Assembly (NCBI GenBank): GCA_950097015.1
Contig: CATNEN010000032.1
Location: 310,001-374,000, forward strand
Source of the DNA: Macrostomum hystrix
Taxonomy: Eukaryota > Animalia > Platyhelminthes
DNA: 64,000 nucleotides
Direction of reading: 5' to 3'
This document shows positions 1 through 11,710 of this stretch, piece by piece. A program made the position numbers and the translations under genes. How positions within the stretch are numbered: position 1 is the first letter of the stretch; each line of letters opens with the position of its first letter. The notes beneath the pieces were generated by a model. It saw only the letters and a list, made by a program, of their open reading frames with translations, ran no database searches and was not told the origin of the DNA.

Positions 1-545
1 TCTAAAGTTCCCACCTGAAGATCTAAAGTTCCCACCTGAAGTTCTAAGGTTCCAACCTGAAGTTCTAAGGTTCCTATCTGAAGATCTAAAGTTCCCACCT
101 GAAGTCCTAAGGTTCCAACCTGAAGTTCTAAGGTTCCTATCTGAAGATCTAAAGTTCCCACCTGAAGTTCTAAGGTTCCTACCTAAAGATCTAAAGTTCC
201 CACCTGAAGTTCTAAGGTTCCTACCTGAAGATCTAAAGTTCCCACCTGAAGTTCTAAGGTTCCTACCTAAAGATCTAAAGTTCCCACCTGAAGTTCTAAG
301 GTTCCTACCTGAAGATCTAAAGTTCCCACCTGAAGTTCTAAGGTTCCTACCTAAAGATCTAAAGTTCCCACCTGAAGTTCTAAGGTTCCAACCTGAAGTT
401 CTAAGGTTCCTACCTGAAGATCTAAAGTTCCCACCTAAAGTTCTTAGGTTCCTACCTGAAGATCTAAAGTTCCCACCTGAAGTTCTAAGGTTCCTACCTG
501 AAGATCTAAAGTTCCCACCTGAAGTTCTAAAGTTCCCACCTGAAG
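1..545. repeat. Tandem array, ~21-bp unit alternating as a ~42-bp dimer (tctaaagttcccacctgaagt / tctaaggttcctacctgaaga); runs off the window start
   Basis: Direct periodicity in the sequence. Confidence 0.95.
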
Positions 546-766
546 TTATCAAGTTCAGACCTCAAGTTCTAAGGCACACACCTCAGCATAAAGCTGAAGT
601 TTTAAAGCACTTGGTTTGTGAATTGGGGGAATTATTATGAAGTTTCGTCCCTAAATTATTTAGAAAAGAGATATCGGCGCCTATTCAATACTCCAATCCT
701 TAATATTACAATAGGAAATCAACAAGCTCAAATAGTACAATCAAAGCTCAGCAGCGAGTCGGTGGC

Positions 767-1899
767 TCAGCTGGGATCCTCGGAGTCAAAATAGCTGTCC
801 TCTTTGTCTCGCGCGAACTCCGCCGACAGGTCCAAACTGTCGTCGTCGTCAACACCGGCATAGTTGAAATGTTCGCCGTCTTCGCCGGACAGAAAGCGGC
901 GTTGCATCAGGGCGAGAAATTCGGATCGGAGCAGTTGGCGCTCAGGATCGGGAAGAAATCTGCCGGCTAGGGGATCTAGATCCTCTTCTTCTTCATCGTC
1001 CTCAGAATTTGAAGAATTTTCTGCATCCGCTGCGGCGGAAGCATCATACCTGAGTTGGTGGATCAGCGAGGAGCAAAAAATAAGAACATTGCTAATTTAA
1101 GTGGATTGCTAATCTATCCCATGACTGAAGGAATAGAATGGATTGCTAATCTATCACATGACTGAAGGAATAGAATGGATTGCTAATCTATCCCATGACT
1201 GAAGGAATACAATGGATTGCTAATCTATCCCATGGGTGAGGTAATGGAATGGATTGCTAATCTATCCCATGGGTGAGGTAATGGAATGGATTGCTAATCT
1301 ATCCCATGGGTGAGGTAATGGAATGGATTGCTAATCTATCCCATGGGTGAGGTAATGGAATGGATTGCTAATCTATCCCATGGGTGAGGTAATGGAATGG
1401 ATTGCTAATCTATCCCATGGGTGAGGTAATGGAATGGATTGCTAATCTATCCCATGGGTGAGGTAATGGAATGGATTGCTCACCTGGCATTCTCTTCCAC
1501 ACGCCGGCAGTGGCTCAAGAGAAAATGCGACATAATGCGCTCGCCGCGGCCGTCGGCTGCCGTCGCCGCAGCCGCAGCAGCCGAGCTCTGCCGCTGCGCA
1601 TCCTCCCTAGTCAGGTAGCGCCCAATGTACTTGTGAAATAGGTACGGCTCGCGGCTGCGCATGCTCTCCTCAGAGAAGTAATCGCCCTCGGCCATGAGGC
1701 GCCGCATCGCCTGATACCTCCGATTTCTAGTTGAACTGCCGCGCGACCCGCGGCCAGCCGTCTGCCGGGAGCTCCGGCCGAGCTGGCGCCAATCGTCTGC
1801 CGCCACGGCCGCCGCAGCGTCAAGAGTGAAGTCCGCATCCTCAGCGGAACCAGGACACGCACCTGGGTCCGGCCCCAGCTCCCGGTCGTCAGTCTTCAT
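767..1899 (-). CDS. CCDC97: Coiled-coil domain-containing protein 97 (DUF2052), ~232 aa, 2 exons
   Basis: Exons 1899-1484 and 1049-767, GT-AG, frame preserved (AG|G=Arg). Motifs RNRRYQAMRRLMAEGDYFSEESMRSREPYLFHKYIGRYLT and ERQLLRSEFLALMQRRFLSGEDGEHFNY..VDDD..LD...RDKEDSYFD match remembered CCDC97. Confidence 0.9.
1103..1481. repeat. 37-bp minisatellite family X (atggattgctaatctatcccatgggtgaggtaatgga), ~10 units, fills the CCDC97 intron
   Basis: Direct periodicity; same family at 51252, 52115 and 53468. Confidence 0.95.
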
Positions 1900-1994
1900 A
1901 GGTAAAAGGTGCAACCCTTTTTTGCTTTACTGAAACAATAAAACTATTTCTGCTAAAACTAGAAGCCTTTAGGCTTTAGGGGAGGTTCAAGAAC

Positions 1995-2323
1995 GGGGCT
2001 GTGGCAGAGCGGTCTAACGCGTTCTGACCTTGCCTCTCGCACCAAGGTCTCCGAGTTCGATTCCGCGACGAGGCCACATTTATTTGAGAGAATTGGCTTG
2101 GGGGCTTGTCGTGCAGTTTACGCGATTTAGGGCCAACCTACAAGGCACAGTCAGAGTGTACACTGCCTGACGATGAGAAAGTCAGGGCGCAGATGTACGC
2201 ACCTGTGTGAGTAAGTCCTCAGGAGTCAGCGAAATGGTCAGAATTGCCTCCTCGCTGGCTGCGGGTCTAGTGTCAGCAAATGATGTGCCAGTACCCATAG
2301 TCTTGCTTCAAATCGTATTATTA
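1995..2323 (+). mobile_element. SINE family 1 (tRNA-derived), copy A
   Basis: A-box TGGCAGAGCGG, B-box GAGTTCGATTCC, body shared with 6 other copies, (TTA)n tail. Confidence 0.85.
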
Positions 2324-2703
2324 AGGTGCGAGAAGCTTGTTAAAGTGGTCACGTGTTGTTATATTTCTTTGTTTCCCTTTCTCATAAACTTTTCCCAGTC
2401 TAAAAGCTGGGGTAAATAGCGGGTAGAACCATCAGAGTGGGCCCAGATGTACAGCTAGTGCCACAGCTGCAGCTATTTAAGACTACAAAACAAAGACACA
2501 ATAGAATATAATGACGAATTCTTGTTTAGTGAGGGAGTGCAACAGTATATTACAACAGACAGAAACACACATTACAATATTATATGGCATTTAAGTTACA
2601 ATAAAACTGGGCTCGTATGTTGGACAACTGTGGAAAATGCAACGCGACGATAAGCCACACAAGGCAGGGAACGAGAATTGAACAAAATCTTGTTTTTTAT
2701 GTT

Positions 2704-2709
2704 TTTTAT
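2704..2709 (-). terminator. Putative AATAAA polyadenylation signal of the TASOR-like gene
   Basis: TTTATT on the + strand ~270 nt past the stop codon. Confidence 0.4.
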
Positions 2710-2975
2710 TAAACAGGTAACAGTTCCATTGAGACCCGGCTATTAGACAATAACCTACGAATATTTAAATAGCACGAGAAAGCACGGGATTTACAATATA
2801 AATAAATTCTAACCATCTAGAATAATATTAAACAGGAAGTTAGGCTCCGATCACGATCAAGTAGGTTCTTGTTGCTATGCTGTTTCTCAACTATTTGGCC
2901 ATAGACAAAGACCGTTCCATAGATTCTATGTCACCTGTATCGAATACCTTGATTGAATATTGAGAAAACACTTAT

Positions 2976-5900
2976 TTAAAATCGATCATAATATTGACGC
3001 GATGGTGCACCGTCCCGCCTTCCAGGCTGGCCGCGAAAGCCACCGTGACGACCGCCACTGCCACCGCCACTGCCACCACGCGAGGAAGCCGACGTCGGAG
3101 GCCGAAAACGCAAAACGCCAACAGGAGCTTGGCCGCCACTGTTATAAATTGTTGGCATTGATCGCGAATTACCGAATCCGAACCGGGCGGGTGTCGAAGA
3201 TTGCTGATGAAACGTCGCTTGCCGCAGAAGCGACGGAGCTGGACCTCGGAATGGCGCAGTGCCGCGACTGTCACTGCTAAGTCGATTAGCTGACGAACTG
3301 ACAGGACGCGGCTGACGCTGCTGGACTACTGGCGACTGGTGACGAGGCCGCGGCACAGGCGGTGGCGGATGCGTTGGAGGCGGAGGCTGAGGAGGCGACG
3401 CGGAAGTCACGCTGCGACTTAGCAGGCTGTTGGGATGCGGCAGTCGATTGACACCCCGGCAATTGTTGACGGTGGCGGCTGACGCTGTCGGTGGCGGCGC
3501 TATTCGCCGCATATCGATGTCGCCGCAATCTTCCGGAAGTGATGGCGGCGGGGGTCGGCTCCATCGACGCTCGTCAATGTCGCCTGTGCCGCAGTCTACC
3601 TGCTGATCGCCGAAGTTGACGCCCGACGCGGAACTACTGTGGCGCGCAGGCCAAAAGTTTTGGCTAGCAACCAGATTTGCAGTTAGGACGTCATCCTGGT
3701 CCTCGTTATTAACATCGTCTTCTGCTCCGCGATCGATAATTTCAACTGGCACCCGTCGACGTTCTTTAAGGTCCCCCGAAGCCGAAATGGCCAGCTGAGG
3801 ACGATCGTGGACATCAGCATCGTTAATCGTCGGCGAAGCCGGCGGCGACGGCGACGCAGGCGCGTCTGTTAGGCGAACTGGCGGTGGAGTCGAAGGCGGC
3901 GACGGAGACGGCGACAGTGGCGACGGTTGGACTGCAGTGGATAGAGGATCAGCCGAAGTTCTCCTAGCATTGGCTAGCACCATTTCGGGAGTTGGCAGAA
4001 CCGACTTTGGCTGCGGAGGCGGAGAAGCCGGCGACGATGAAGACACATCGTTGTCCTGAAGCTGAGCTAACTGTTTTTGGATTAATCTCTGCCGTTCAAC
4101 ATTGTCGCGCAGGCTGGCAATTTGTTGCTTCAACTGGCTGATAAAGTCTTGGCTCTGCTGCTGCTGCTCCCCGTCCTGGCGAGGCCTTTTTCGGGCATCA
4201 ATGTCGGAGTCAACTCCCGAGTTGGGATGTCGCCGCTTTGCAGCGGACGAAGCAGCTAGATTTGGCTGCGGCTGCGGCGGATCAGGCAGCACCGGCAGGT
4301 CCAGCAGCAGATTGTCGTGATAAGACACAGGCGAATTATCCAAAGCTTCGCCGTTATCGTATTCTATGGCCAAGTTAAAATCATCATCAATCTGATCAGT
4401 GTCTGGAGAATCCGGCGGCTCATCAAAGACCAGTTTGGCAGGCCCGGCAGGAGGAGGAGGAGGAGGAGGAGGAGGAGGAGGAGGAGGCGAAGCTGAAGGC
4501 GGAGGAGACGTCGAAGAACTGAACCTTTTAACAAGATCGCTGGAAGCTCCAGTAGGCTGATTAACGCCATTTTTCTCATCCTCAAATTTTGCCTCATCGC
4601 GTCGATTGCTAATAAAAGTCTTAGATGAAGGCGGAGGCAGCCTAGGCAGCGGCGGAGGCGCAGGCAGGTCGGCTAGCGGCTGGTAGGCCAGGCCAGGCTT
4701 GCCCACCCGGGCCTGCAAGACGCGCCTCTGATCGGCCGCCTGCCTGGCGAGGTGGCCTATCTTGTCGGCAGCCGAGGCGTAGGCCGAGTAGCAGGTTCGC
4801 CGATCGGAGCGACACTCGGCAGCCCAGAATGCTCCGACTCCGCAGGGCGGAGTTGCCACAGCAGGCATCGAATCGCCAGTTGATGGCCTAACAAATGCGG
4901 CACCATTGCGATCGAAGAAGCAGTTCTCTCTGGACACTGGCAGCCAGATGAGCGCGTGCAGCTGGTGACGACCGCCGCGATCGGCTAGCTTTCTAGCTAG
5001 ACGGCCCAGGCTGAGCCGGTCGGCCGGCCCGCTGTCGGATGGCACCAGATAGCACAACGGCAGGCGACGTTTCAAACCGCTGCTGGCCGATGTCAGGGGA
5101 CAAAGAAGGGCGCGCCGACTGAGGACAAGCTGGTTGCATAACCTGGCCAGAGCGTGGGTGCCGTCTGGGGTAGCCAGGCCAACCAGGTAGCTGATATAGC
5201 CGGGGTCGCTGGCAGCGGCGACTTTGGCGGAGATGTCTGTCGGAGCGGTGGCTGACGCTGAGGTCTCTCGGGAGCCGTGGATTTGACTGAAGCCGGAGAG
5301 ATTAGACAGGAGATTGTCGAATTCGATGAAGCGAACCTAGGGGGTAGTAGGGATGCTACTTTTACTTATCTTCATCAGTGAATGAGCAATGCACTCATCA
5401 TTGTGTATTCTGTCAAATTGAAAAAGCTGACCTCTAAATCGGCCCCGTCCTGCTGCAGACAAGGGAACACAAATGGTGACGCTTCCAGTGAGACAAGGTC
5501 CAGGCACAGGCTGGCCAAGCCGGGCAGGTTGAGGCCGAGGCTGAGCCGGCCTACGAGGGTACCGCCACCAGGACGGCTGGCTAAGAACGGCAGTCGGCCC
5601 AGGGCAGCGGAGCGACCTGGCTCATGACGACCGTGACTGCTATTAGACTTGGATAGCGCTTGATTCAACTGATCACTGTGCACATTTAGCAACTGTTTTT
5701 GCTGCTGTAGCTGTTGCTGCTGCTGCTGCTGTTGTAGCTGTTGCTGCTGCTGTTGCTGCTGCTGCAAAATACGACCGGAGAATTCGTAGCGCACTAGAGC
5801 CACGGGCACTATCTGGCGAGGCCGATCTAGTAGGTCGAAATCTTCTGAATACTCGAACAGAAATATCTGCAGGGAGTTTTAATCAGAGTTGCTACGATAT

Positions 5901-8900
5901 TCGCAAAACTCAAAATAAGACAGACTCACAAGAAGGTACACTATAAAATACCCTCTGACTAGATGTACTATAGAAGGCCCACTGACTAGATAAACCATAG
6001 AAGACCCACTGGCTGCTTACGGTACTAAAAACTCACCTGGCTAGAATGAAAGGCGTCCAGTAAAGGCAGGTGAGCAAGGCCGTCTGTGCGGGCTCTCATG
6101 CTAACGTGACAGTCGTACTGCGGCTGCGGCTCAGCCACGCTGTCACCCTCCGGCCAGCGACAGACTCGACTGCGGAGGTAGCGCAACACCAGAAGCCAGC
6201 CGGTCGGTGCAAGGCCGCGTGAAGGACAAGTCCGATCAACGTATTGACACAGGCTGACGCCTGATTCGCCGGTTGCTAGGCGACTATCCGGCAGGTTGCC
6301 CTTAGCAACGCCGCGTTCGGCTATAGACCGAGCTTCAGCTTCGGTGGCTACGGCTAAGTAGGCGTAGTGCTCCGTTGGGCCAGTAGGGGCGGAGGCTAAG
6401 TCATCCGGCCCGGAGGAGGAAGCGGCTACCGAGGCGGCGGCGGTTGACGCGGGGGCGCAAATGGCGGCCTCCGCTTCGGCGGCTGCTGCAGCTGAGCGCA
6501 TTTCAGTTCGCTTGGCTCGAAACTGCCGGGTGGTAGATATTAAATAGGAAACTGAATGCTATGGGCAGTAGCGGTGTTCTGCTGAGGGTTCAGGGAAGTA
6601 GCGGTGTTCTGCTGAGGGTTCAGGGAAGTAGCGGTGTTCTGCTGAGGGTTCAGGGAAGTAGCGGTGTTCTGCTGAGGGTTCAGGGAAGTAGCGGTGTTCT
6701 GTTGAGGGTTCAGGGAAGTAGCGGTGTTCTGTTGAGGGTTCAGGGAAGTAGCGGTGTTCTGCTGAGGGTTCAGGGAAGTAGCGGTGTTCTGTTGAGGGTT
6801 CAGGGAAGTAGCGGTGTTCTGTTGAGGGTTCAGGGAAGTAGCGGTGTTCTGCTGAGGGTTCAGGGAAGTAGCGGTGTTCTGCTGAGGGTTCAGGGAAGTA
6901 GTGGTGTTCTGCTGAGGGTTCAGGGAAGTAGCGGTGTTCTGTTGAGGGTTCAGGGAAGTAGCGGTGTTCTGTTGAGGGTTCAGGGAAGTAGCGGTGTTCT
7001 GCTGAGGGTTCAGGGAAGTAGCGGTGTTCTGTTGAGGGTTCAGGGAAGTAGCGGTGTTCTGCTGAGGGTTCAGGGAAGTAGCGGTGTTCTGTTGAGGGTT
7101 CAGGGAAGTAGCGGTGTTCTGTTGAGGGTTCAGGGAAGTAGCGGTGTTCTGTTGAGGGTTCAGGGAAGTAGCGGTGTTCTGCTGAGGGTTCAGGGAAGTA
7201 GCGGTGTTCTGCTGAGGGTTCAGGGAAGTAGCGGTGTTCTGTTGAGGGTTCAGGGAAGTAGCGGTGTTCTGTTGAGGGTTCAGGGAAGTAGCGGTGTTCT
7301 GTTGAGGGTTCAGGGAAGTAGCGGTGTTCTGTTGAGGGTTCAGGGAAGTAGCGGTGTTCTGTTGAGGGTTCAGGGAAGTAGCGGTGTTCTGCTGAGGGTT
7401 CAGGGAAGTAGCGGTGTTCTGTTGAGGGTTCAGGGAAGTAGCGGTGTTCTGCTGAGGGTTCAGGGAAGTAGCGGTGTTCTGCTGAGGGTTCAGGGGAGTA
7501 GCGGTGTTCTGTTGAGGGTTCAGGGAAGTAGCGGTGTTCTGTTGAGGGTTCAGGGAAGTAGCGGTGTTCTGTTGAGGGTTCAGGGAAGTAGCGGTGTTCT
7601 GTTGAGGGTTCAGGGAAGTAGCGGTGTTCTGTTGAGGGTTCAGGGAAGTAGCGGTGTTCTGCTGAGGGTTCAGGGAAGTAGCGGTGTTCTGCTGAGGGTT
7701 CAGGGGAGTAGCGGTGTTCTGCTGAGGGTTCAGGGAAGTAGCGGTGTTCTGCTGAGGGTTCAGGGAAGTAGCGGTGTTCTGCTGAGGGTTCAGGGAAGTA
7801 GCGGTGTTCTGTTGAGGGTTCAGGGAAGTAGCGGTGTTCTGTTGAGGGTTCAGGGAAGTAGCGGTGTTCTGCTGAGGGTTCAGGGAAGTAGCGGTGTTCT
7901 GCTGAGGGTTCAGGGAAGTAGCGGTGTTCTGCTGAGGGTTCAGGGAAGTAGCGGTGTTCTGCTGAGGGTTCAGGGAAGTAGCAGTGTTATGTTGAGGGTT
8001 CAGGGAAGTAGCGGTGTTCTGCTGAGGGTTCAGGGAAGTAGCAGTGTTCTGTTGAGGGTTCAGGGAAGTAGCAGTGTTCTGCTGAGGGTTCAGGGAAGTA
8101 GCAGTATTCTGCTGAGGGTTCATTGTATACATTTTCAAGGGTCAGGGCTCGAGCCACTTACTTCTTCGTTGAGCGCGCAATTCTCAATCATGAAGGAATC
8201 TTTAATTTTAAACAATTTCTCCTGCTCCCGATTCAGAAATCCGCTGCGCAGCTGCCTGTCTATCTCGGTCCTGAATTCCTTGGAGTCCGGGTCCACTCGC
8301 CGAAGGATTTCTAGGAAGGAAGAAGTGAAAACATAAATGACAGTCTTTAAGTATAAAAATGGGGATCTGGGAAGATAGAGGCTCTAAAAATTGGGATCTG
8401 AGAAGACGGTGGCTCTGAAAATGGGGATCTGAAGACAGTGGCTCAAAAATGGAGATCTGGGAAGATAGTGGCTCAAAAATGGGGATCTGGGAAGATGAAT
8501 GGAGGCTCTGAAAATGGGGATCTGGGAAGATGAATGGAGGCTCTGAAAATGGGGATCTGGGAAGATGAGTGGAGGCTCTGAAAATGGGGATCTGGGAAGA
8601 TGAATGGAGGCTCTGAAAATGGAGATCTGGGAAGATGAATGGAGGCTCTGAAAATGGGGATCTGGGAAGATGAATGGTGGCTCTGAAAATGGGGATCTGA
8701 AGACAGTGGCTCAAAAATGGAGATCTGGGAAGATAATTGGAGGCTCTGAAAATGGGGATCTGGGAAGATGAATGGAGGCTCTGAAAATGGGGATCTGGGA
8801 AGATGAATGGAGGCTCTGAAAATGGGGATCTGGGAAGATGAATGGAGGCTCTGAAAATGGGGATCTGGGAAGATGAATGGAGGCTCTGAAAATGGGGATC

Positions 8901-10465
8901 TGGGAAGATGAATGGAGGCTCTGAAAATGGGGATCTGGGAAGATGAATGGAGGCTCAAAAATAAGGATCTGGGAAGATGGAGGCTGAGGAAGATGTGGGT
9001 ATCAGAAGATATTTCCAGATCCTAAATATGAGGATCAGGATAGATAAAGGTTTCGAAAGTGAGGAGATGAAGACTTTGAGTTCTAATATTAGGAGGATGA
9101 AGCAAATGTCTAGAACGCGGGGCTACGCAGGATGGAGTATTTGAGAACTTACATCCCAAACCATATGATATAGGAGTGACAAATAGTATGAAGGCTACAG
9201 TGGGGTAACAAACACGCAGATTATTCTCGTCATAATGCGAGTTCAGGCTTGCTATTTGGATTATTTCTGACACTAATCTGGTTGGTAAAGATGACAGAAT
9301 AACAATAAGTAGCACACGGCACAGTCGAAAGAAAGCAAAGCTAAACAAACATTTATTGAACTAACGAAACCAAATAACAAGGCCCCTTCATATTTTATTC
9401 TCAGCCCTCACTCCAACATCCTCCCCCTCACTCTAACATCCTCCCCCTCACTGCAACATCCTCCCCCTCACTGCAACATCCTCCCCCTCACTCCAACATC
9501 CTCCCCCTCACTCCAACATCCTCCCCCTCACTCCAACATCCTCCCCCTCACTCCAACATCCTCCCCCTCACTCCAACATCCTCCCTCTCACTCCAACATC
9601 CTCCCCCTCACTCTAACATTCTCCCCCCTCACTCCAACATTCTCCCCCTCACTCCAACATCCTCCCCCTCACTCCAACATCCTTCCCCTCACTCCAACAT
9701 TCTACCCCCTCACTCCAACATTCTGCCCCTCACTCCAACATTCTCCCCCCCTCACTCCAACATCCTCCCACTCACTCCAACATCCTCCCCCTCACTCCAA
9801 CATCCTCCCCCTCACTCCAACATCCTCCCCCTCACTCCAACATCCTCCCCCTCACTCCAACATCCTCCCCTCACTCCAACATCCTCCCCCTCACTCCAAC
9901 ATCCTCCCCCTCACTCTAACATTCTCCCCCCTCACTCCAACATTCTCCCCCTCACTCCAACATCCTCCCCCTCACTCCAACATCCTTCCCCTCACTCCAA
10001 CATTCTACCCCCTCACTCCAACATTCTGCCCCTCACTCCAACATTCTCCCCCCTCACTCCAACTTTCTGCCCCTCACTCCAACTTTCTCCCCCTCACTCC
10101 AACTTTCTCCCCCTCACTCCAACTTTCTCCCGCTCACTCAAACTTTCTCCCGCTCACTCAAACTTTCTCCCGCTCACTCAAACTTTCTCCCGCTCACTCA
10201 AACTTTCTCCCGCTCACTCAAACTTTCTCCAGCTTAAGTTAACTTCGCCCCTCTATTAAGTCTTCAATTTTCGAATGTCCGACTTCCGAATGTTTGAACA
10301 CTCACCAGCCGGATTCTGCACCCTCCTTGGCACTCGAAGCGCCTTCAACACGGAAAAGTCCACAATCTTCTCGGCGGCCTCGTCCGCGGCGCCGCTGCGT
10401 CCCTTCTGCATCATCGATAACAGATCGACCCGACCGCCCGACGCCCTGTCGCTGTCGGCAATCAT
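2976..10465 (-). CDS. TASOR: TASOR/FAM208-like protein (DUF3715 PARP-like domain + SPOC-like domain + long P/S-rich tail), ~1196 aa, 5 exons
   Basis: Exons 10465-10306, 8310-8162, 6522-6037, 5866-5432, 5336-2976; all GT-AG, phases consistent (3591 nt). Motifs LRVPRR..ILRRVDPDSKEF, ENCALNEEFRAKRTEM, YAYLAV, GVSLCQYVD, EPQPQYDCHVS, SQIFLFEY..RPRQIVPVALVRY and LCNQL..RRALLCPL..LCYLVP..QLHALIWL align with remembered TASOR DUF3715 and SPOC. Confidence 0.8.
6561..8122. repeat. 30-bp minisatellite (gggaagtagcggtgttctgytgagggttca), ~52 units, fills TASOR intron 2
   Basis: Direct periodicity, highly homogeneous. Confidence 0.97.
8360..8990. repeat. 35-bp minisatellite (ggaggctctgaaaatggggatctgggaagatgaat) in TASOR intron 1
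   Basis: Direct periodicity. Confidence 0.95.
9405..10230. repeat. ~20-bp C-rich minisatellite (ccccctcactccaacatcct) in TASOR intron 1
   Basis: Direct periodicity; the unit drifts to cccgctcactcaaactttct at the right end. Confidence 0.95.
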
Positions 10466-10649
10466 TTGACGATTGTAACAAGCCGGTGTTTAAGATCAGC
10501 TGAGAGTGAAAACCTAGGTAACTATAGTCGGCTCCTGCTGCCGCATTTAAATTACATTTCCCACTGAAAATTAATGAATAAGAGGCGATTAGCGAAACAG
10601 ATTAGTGCAGTAAGTCTAATTCTAAAACCATTCAGATAACTTGGAAGAT

Positions 10650-11710
10650 AGTGAGATAGCTGGGGAGAGAGGCAGTGAGATAACTGGGGATAGAGGCAGT
10701 GAGATAACTGGAGAGAGAGACAATGAGATAACTGGGGATAGAGGCAGTGAGATAACTGGGGAGACAAAGAGGGACACAACTCGTAAGAATGGGAGTGAGA
10801 TTAATGGGGGATCGAGGGAGTGAGCTTATTGGGGAGACAGAGAGTGAGCTTATTGGGGAGACAGAGTGAGCTCATTGGGGAGACAGAGAGTGAGCTCATT
10901 GGGGAAACAGAGAGTGAGCTCATTGGGGAGACAGAGTGAGCTCATTGGGGAGACAGAGTGAGCTCATTGGGGAGACAGAGAGTGAGCTTATTGGGGAGAC
11001 AGAGAGTGAGCTCGTTGGGGAGACAGAGATTGAGCTCATTGGGGAGACAGAGAGTGAGCTCGTTGGGGAGACAGAGTGAGCTCGTTGCGGAGACAGAGAG
11101 TGAGCTTATTGGGGAGACAGAGAGTGAGCTCGTTGGGGAGACAGAGTGAGCTCGTTGGGGAGACAGAGATTGAGCTCATTGGGGAGACAGAGAGTGAGCT
11201 CGTTGGGGAGACAGAGAGTGAGCTCGTTGGGGAGACAGAGTGAGCTCGTTGGGGAGACAGAGTGAGCTCGTTGGGGAGACAGAGTGAGCTCGTTGGGGAG
11301 ACAGAGAGTGAGCCCATTGGGGAGACAGAGAGTGAGCTCATTGGGGAGACAGAGAGTGAGCTCGTTGGGGAGACAGAGTGAGCTCGTTGGGGAGACAGAG
11401 TGAGCTCGTTGGGGAGACAGAGTGAGCTCGTTGGGGAGACAGAGTGAGCTCGTTGGGGAGACAGAGTGAGCTCGTTGGGGAGACAGAGAGTGAGCTTATT
11501 GGGGAGACAGAGAGTGAGCTCATTGGGGAGACAGAGAGTGAACTCGTTGGGGAGACAGAGTGAGCTCGTTGGGGAGACAGAGAGTGAGCTCATTGGGGAG
11601 ACAGAGAGTGAGATTATTGGGGAGACAGAGAGTGAGCTCATTGGGGAGACAGAGAGTGAGCTCATTGGGGGGAGAAAGAGGGTGAGATCTGGGAGAGAAA
11701 GAGTGAGATC
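10650..11710. repeat. 22/24-bp minisatellite (gagtgagctcrttggggagaca[ga]) between the TASOR 5' acceptor and the upstream gene
   Basis: Direct periodicity. Confidence 0.95.

Noticed and set aside
2161-2200. Hammerhead-like CTGACGA...GAAA in SINE1
   Set aside because: Only 3 nt lie between CTGACGA and GAAA (no stem II), and the motif sits inside a simple long hairpin.
6540-8336. Long repetitive ORFs over tandem arrays (e.g. 532/591 aa here; also 8208-8958, 11036-11732, 17651-18521, 33670-34722, 35989-36489, 38308-39712, 40555-41210, 50200-51104, 59407-60186)
   Set aside because: They are translations of stop-free minisatellites lying in introns or intergenic DNA; splice-consistent gene models skip them.
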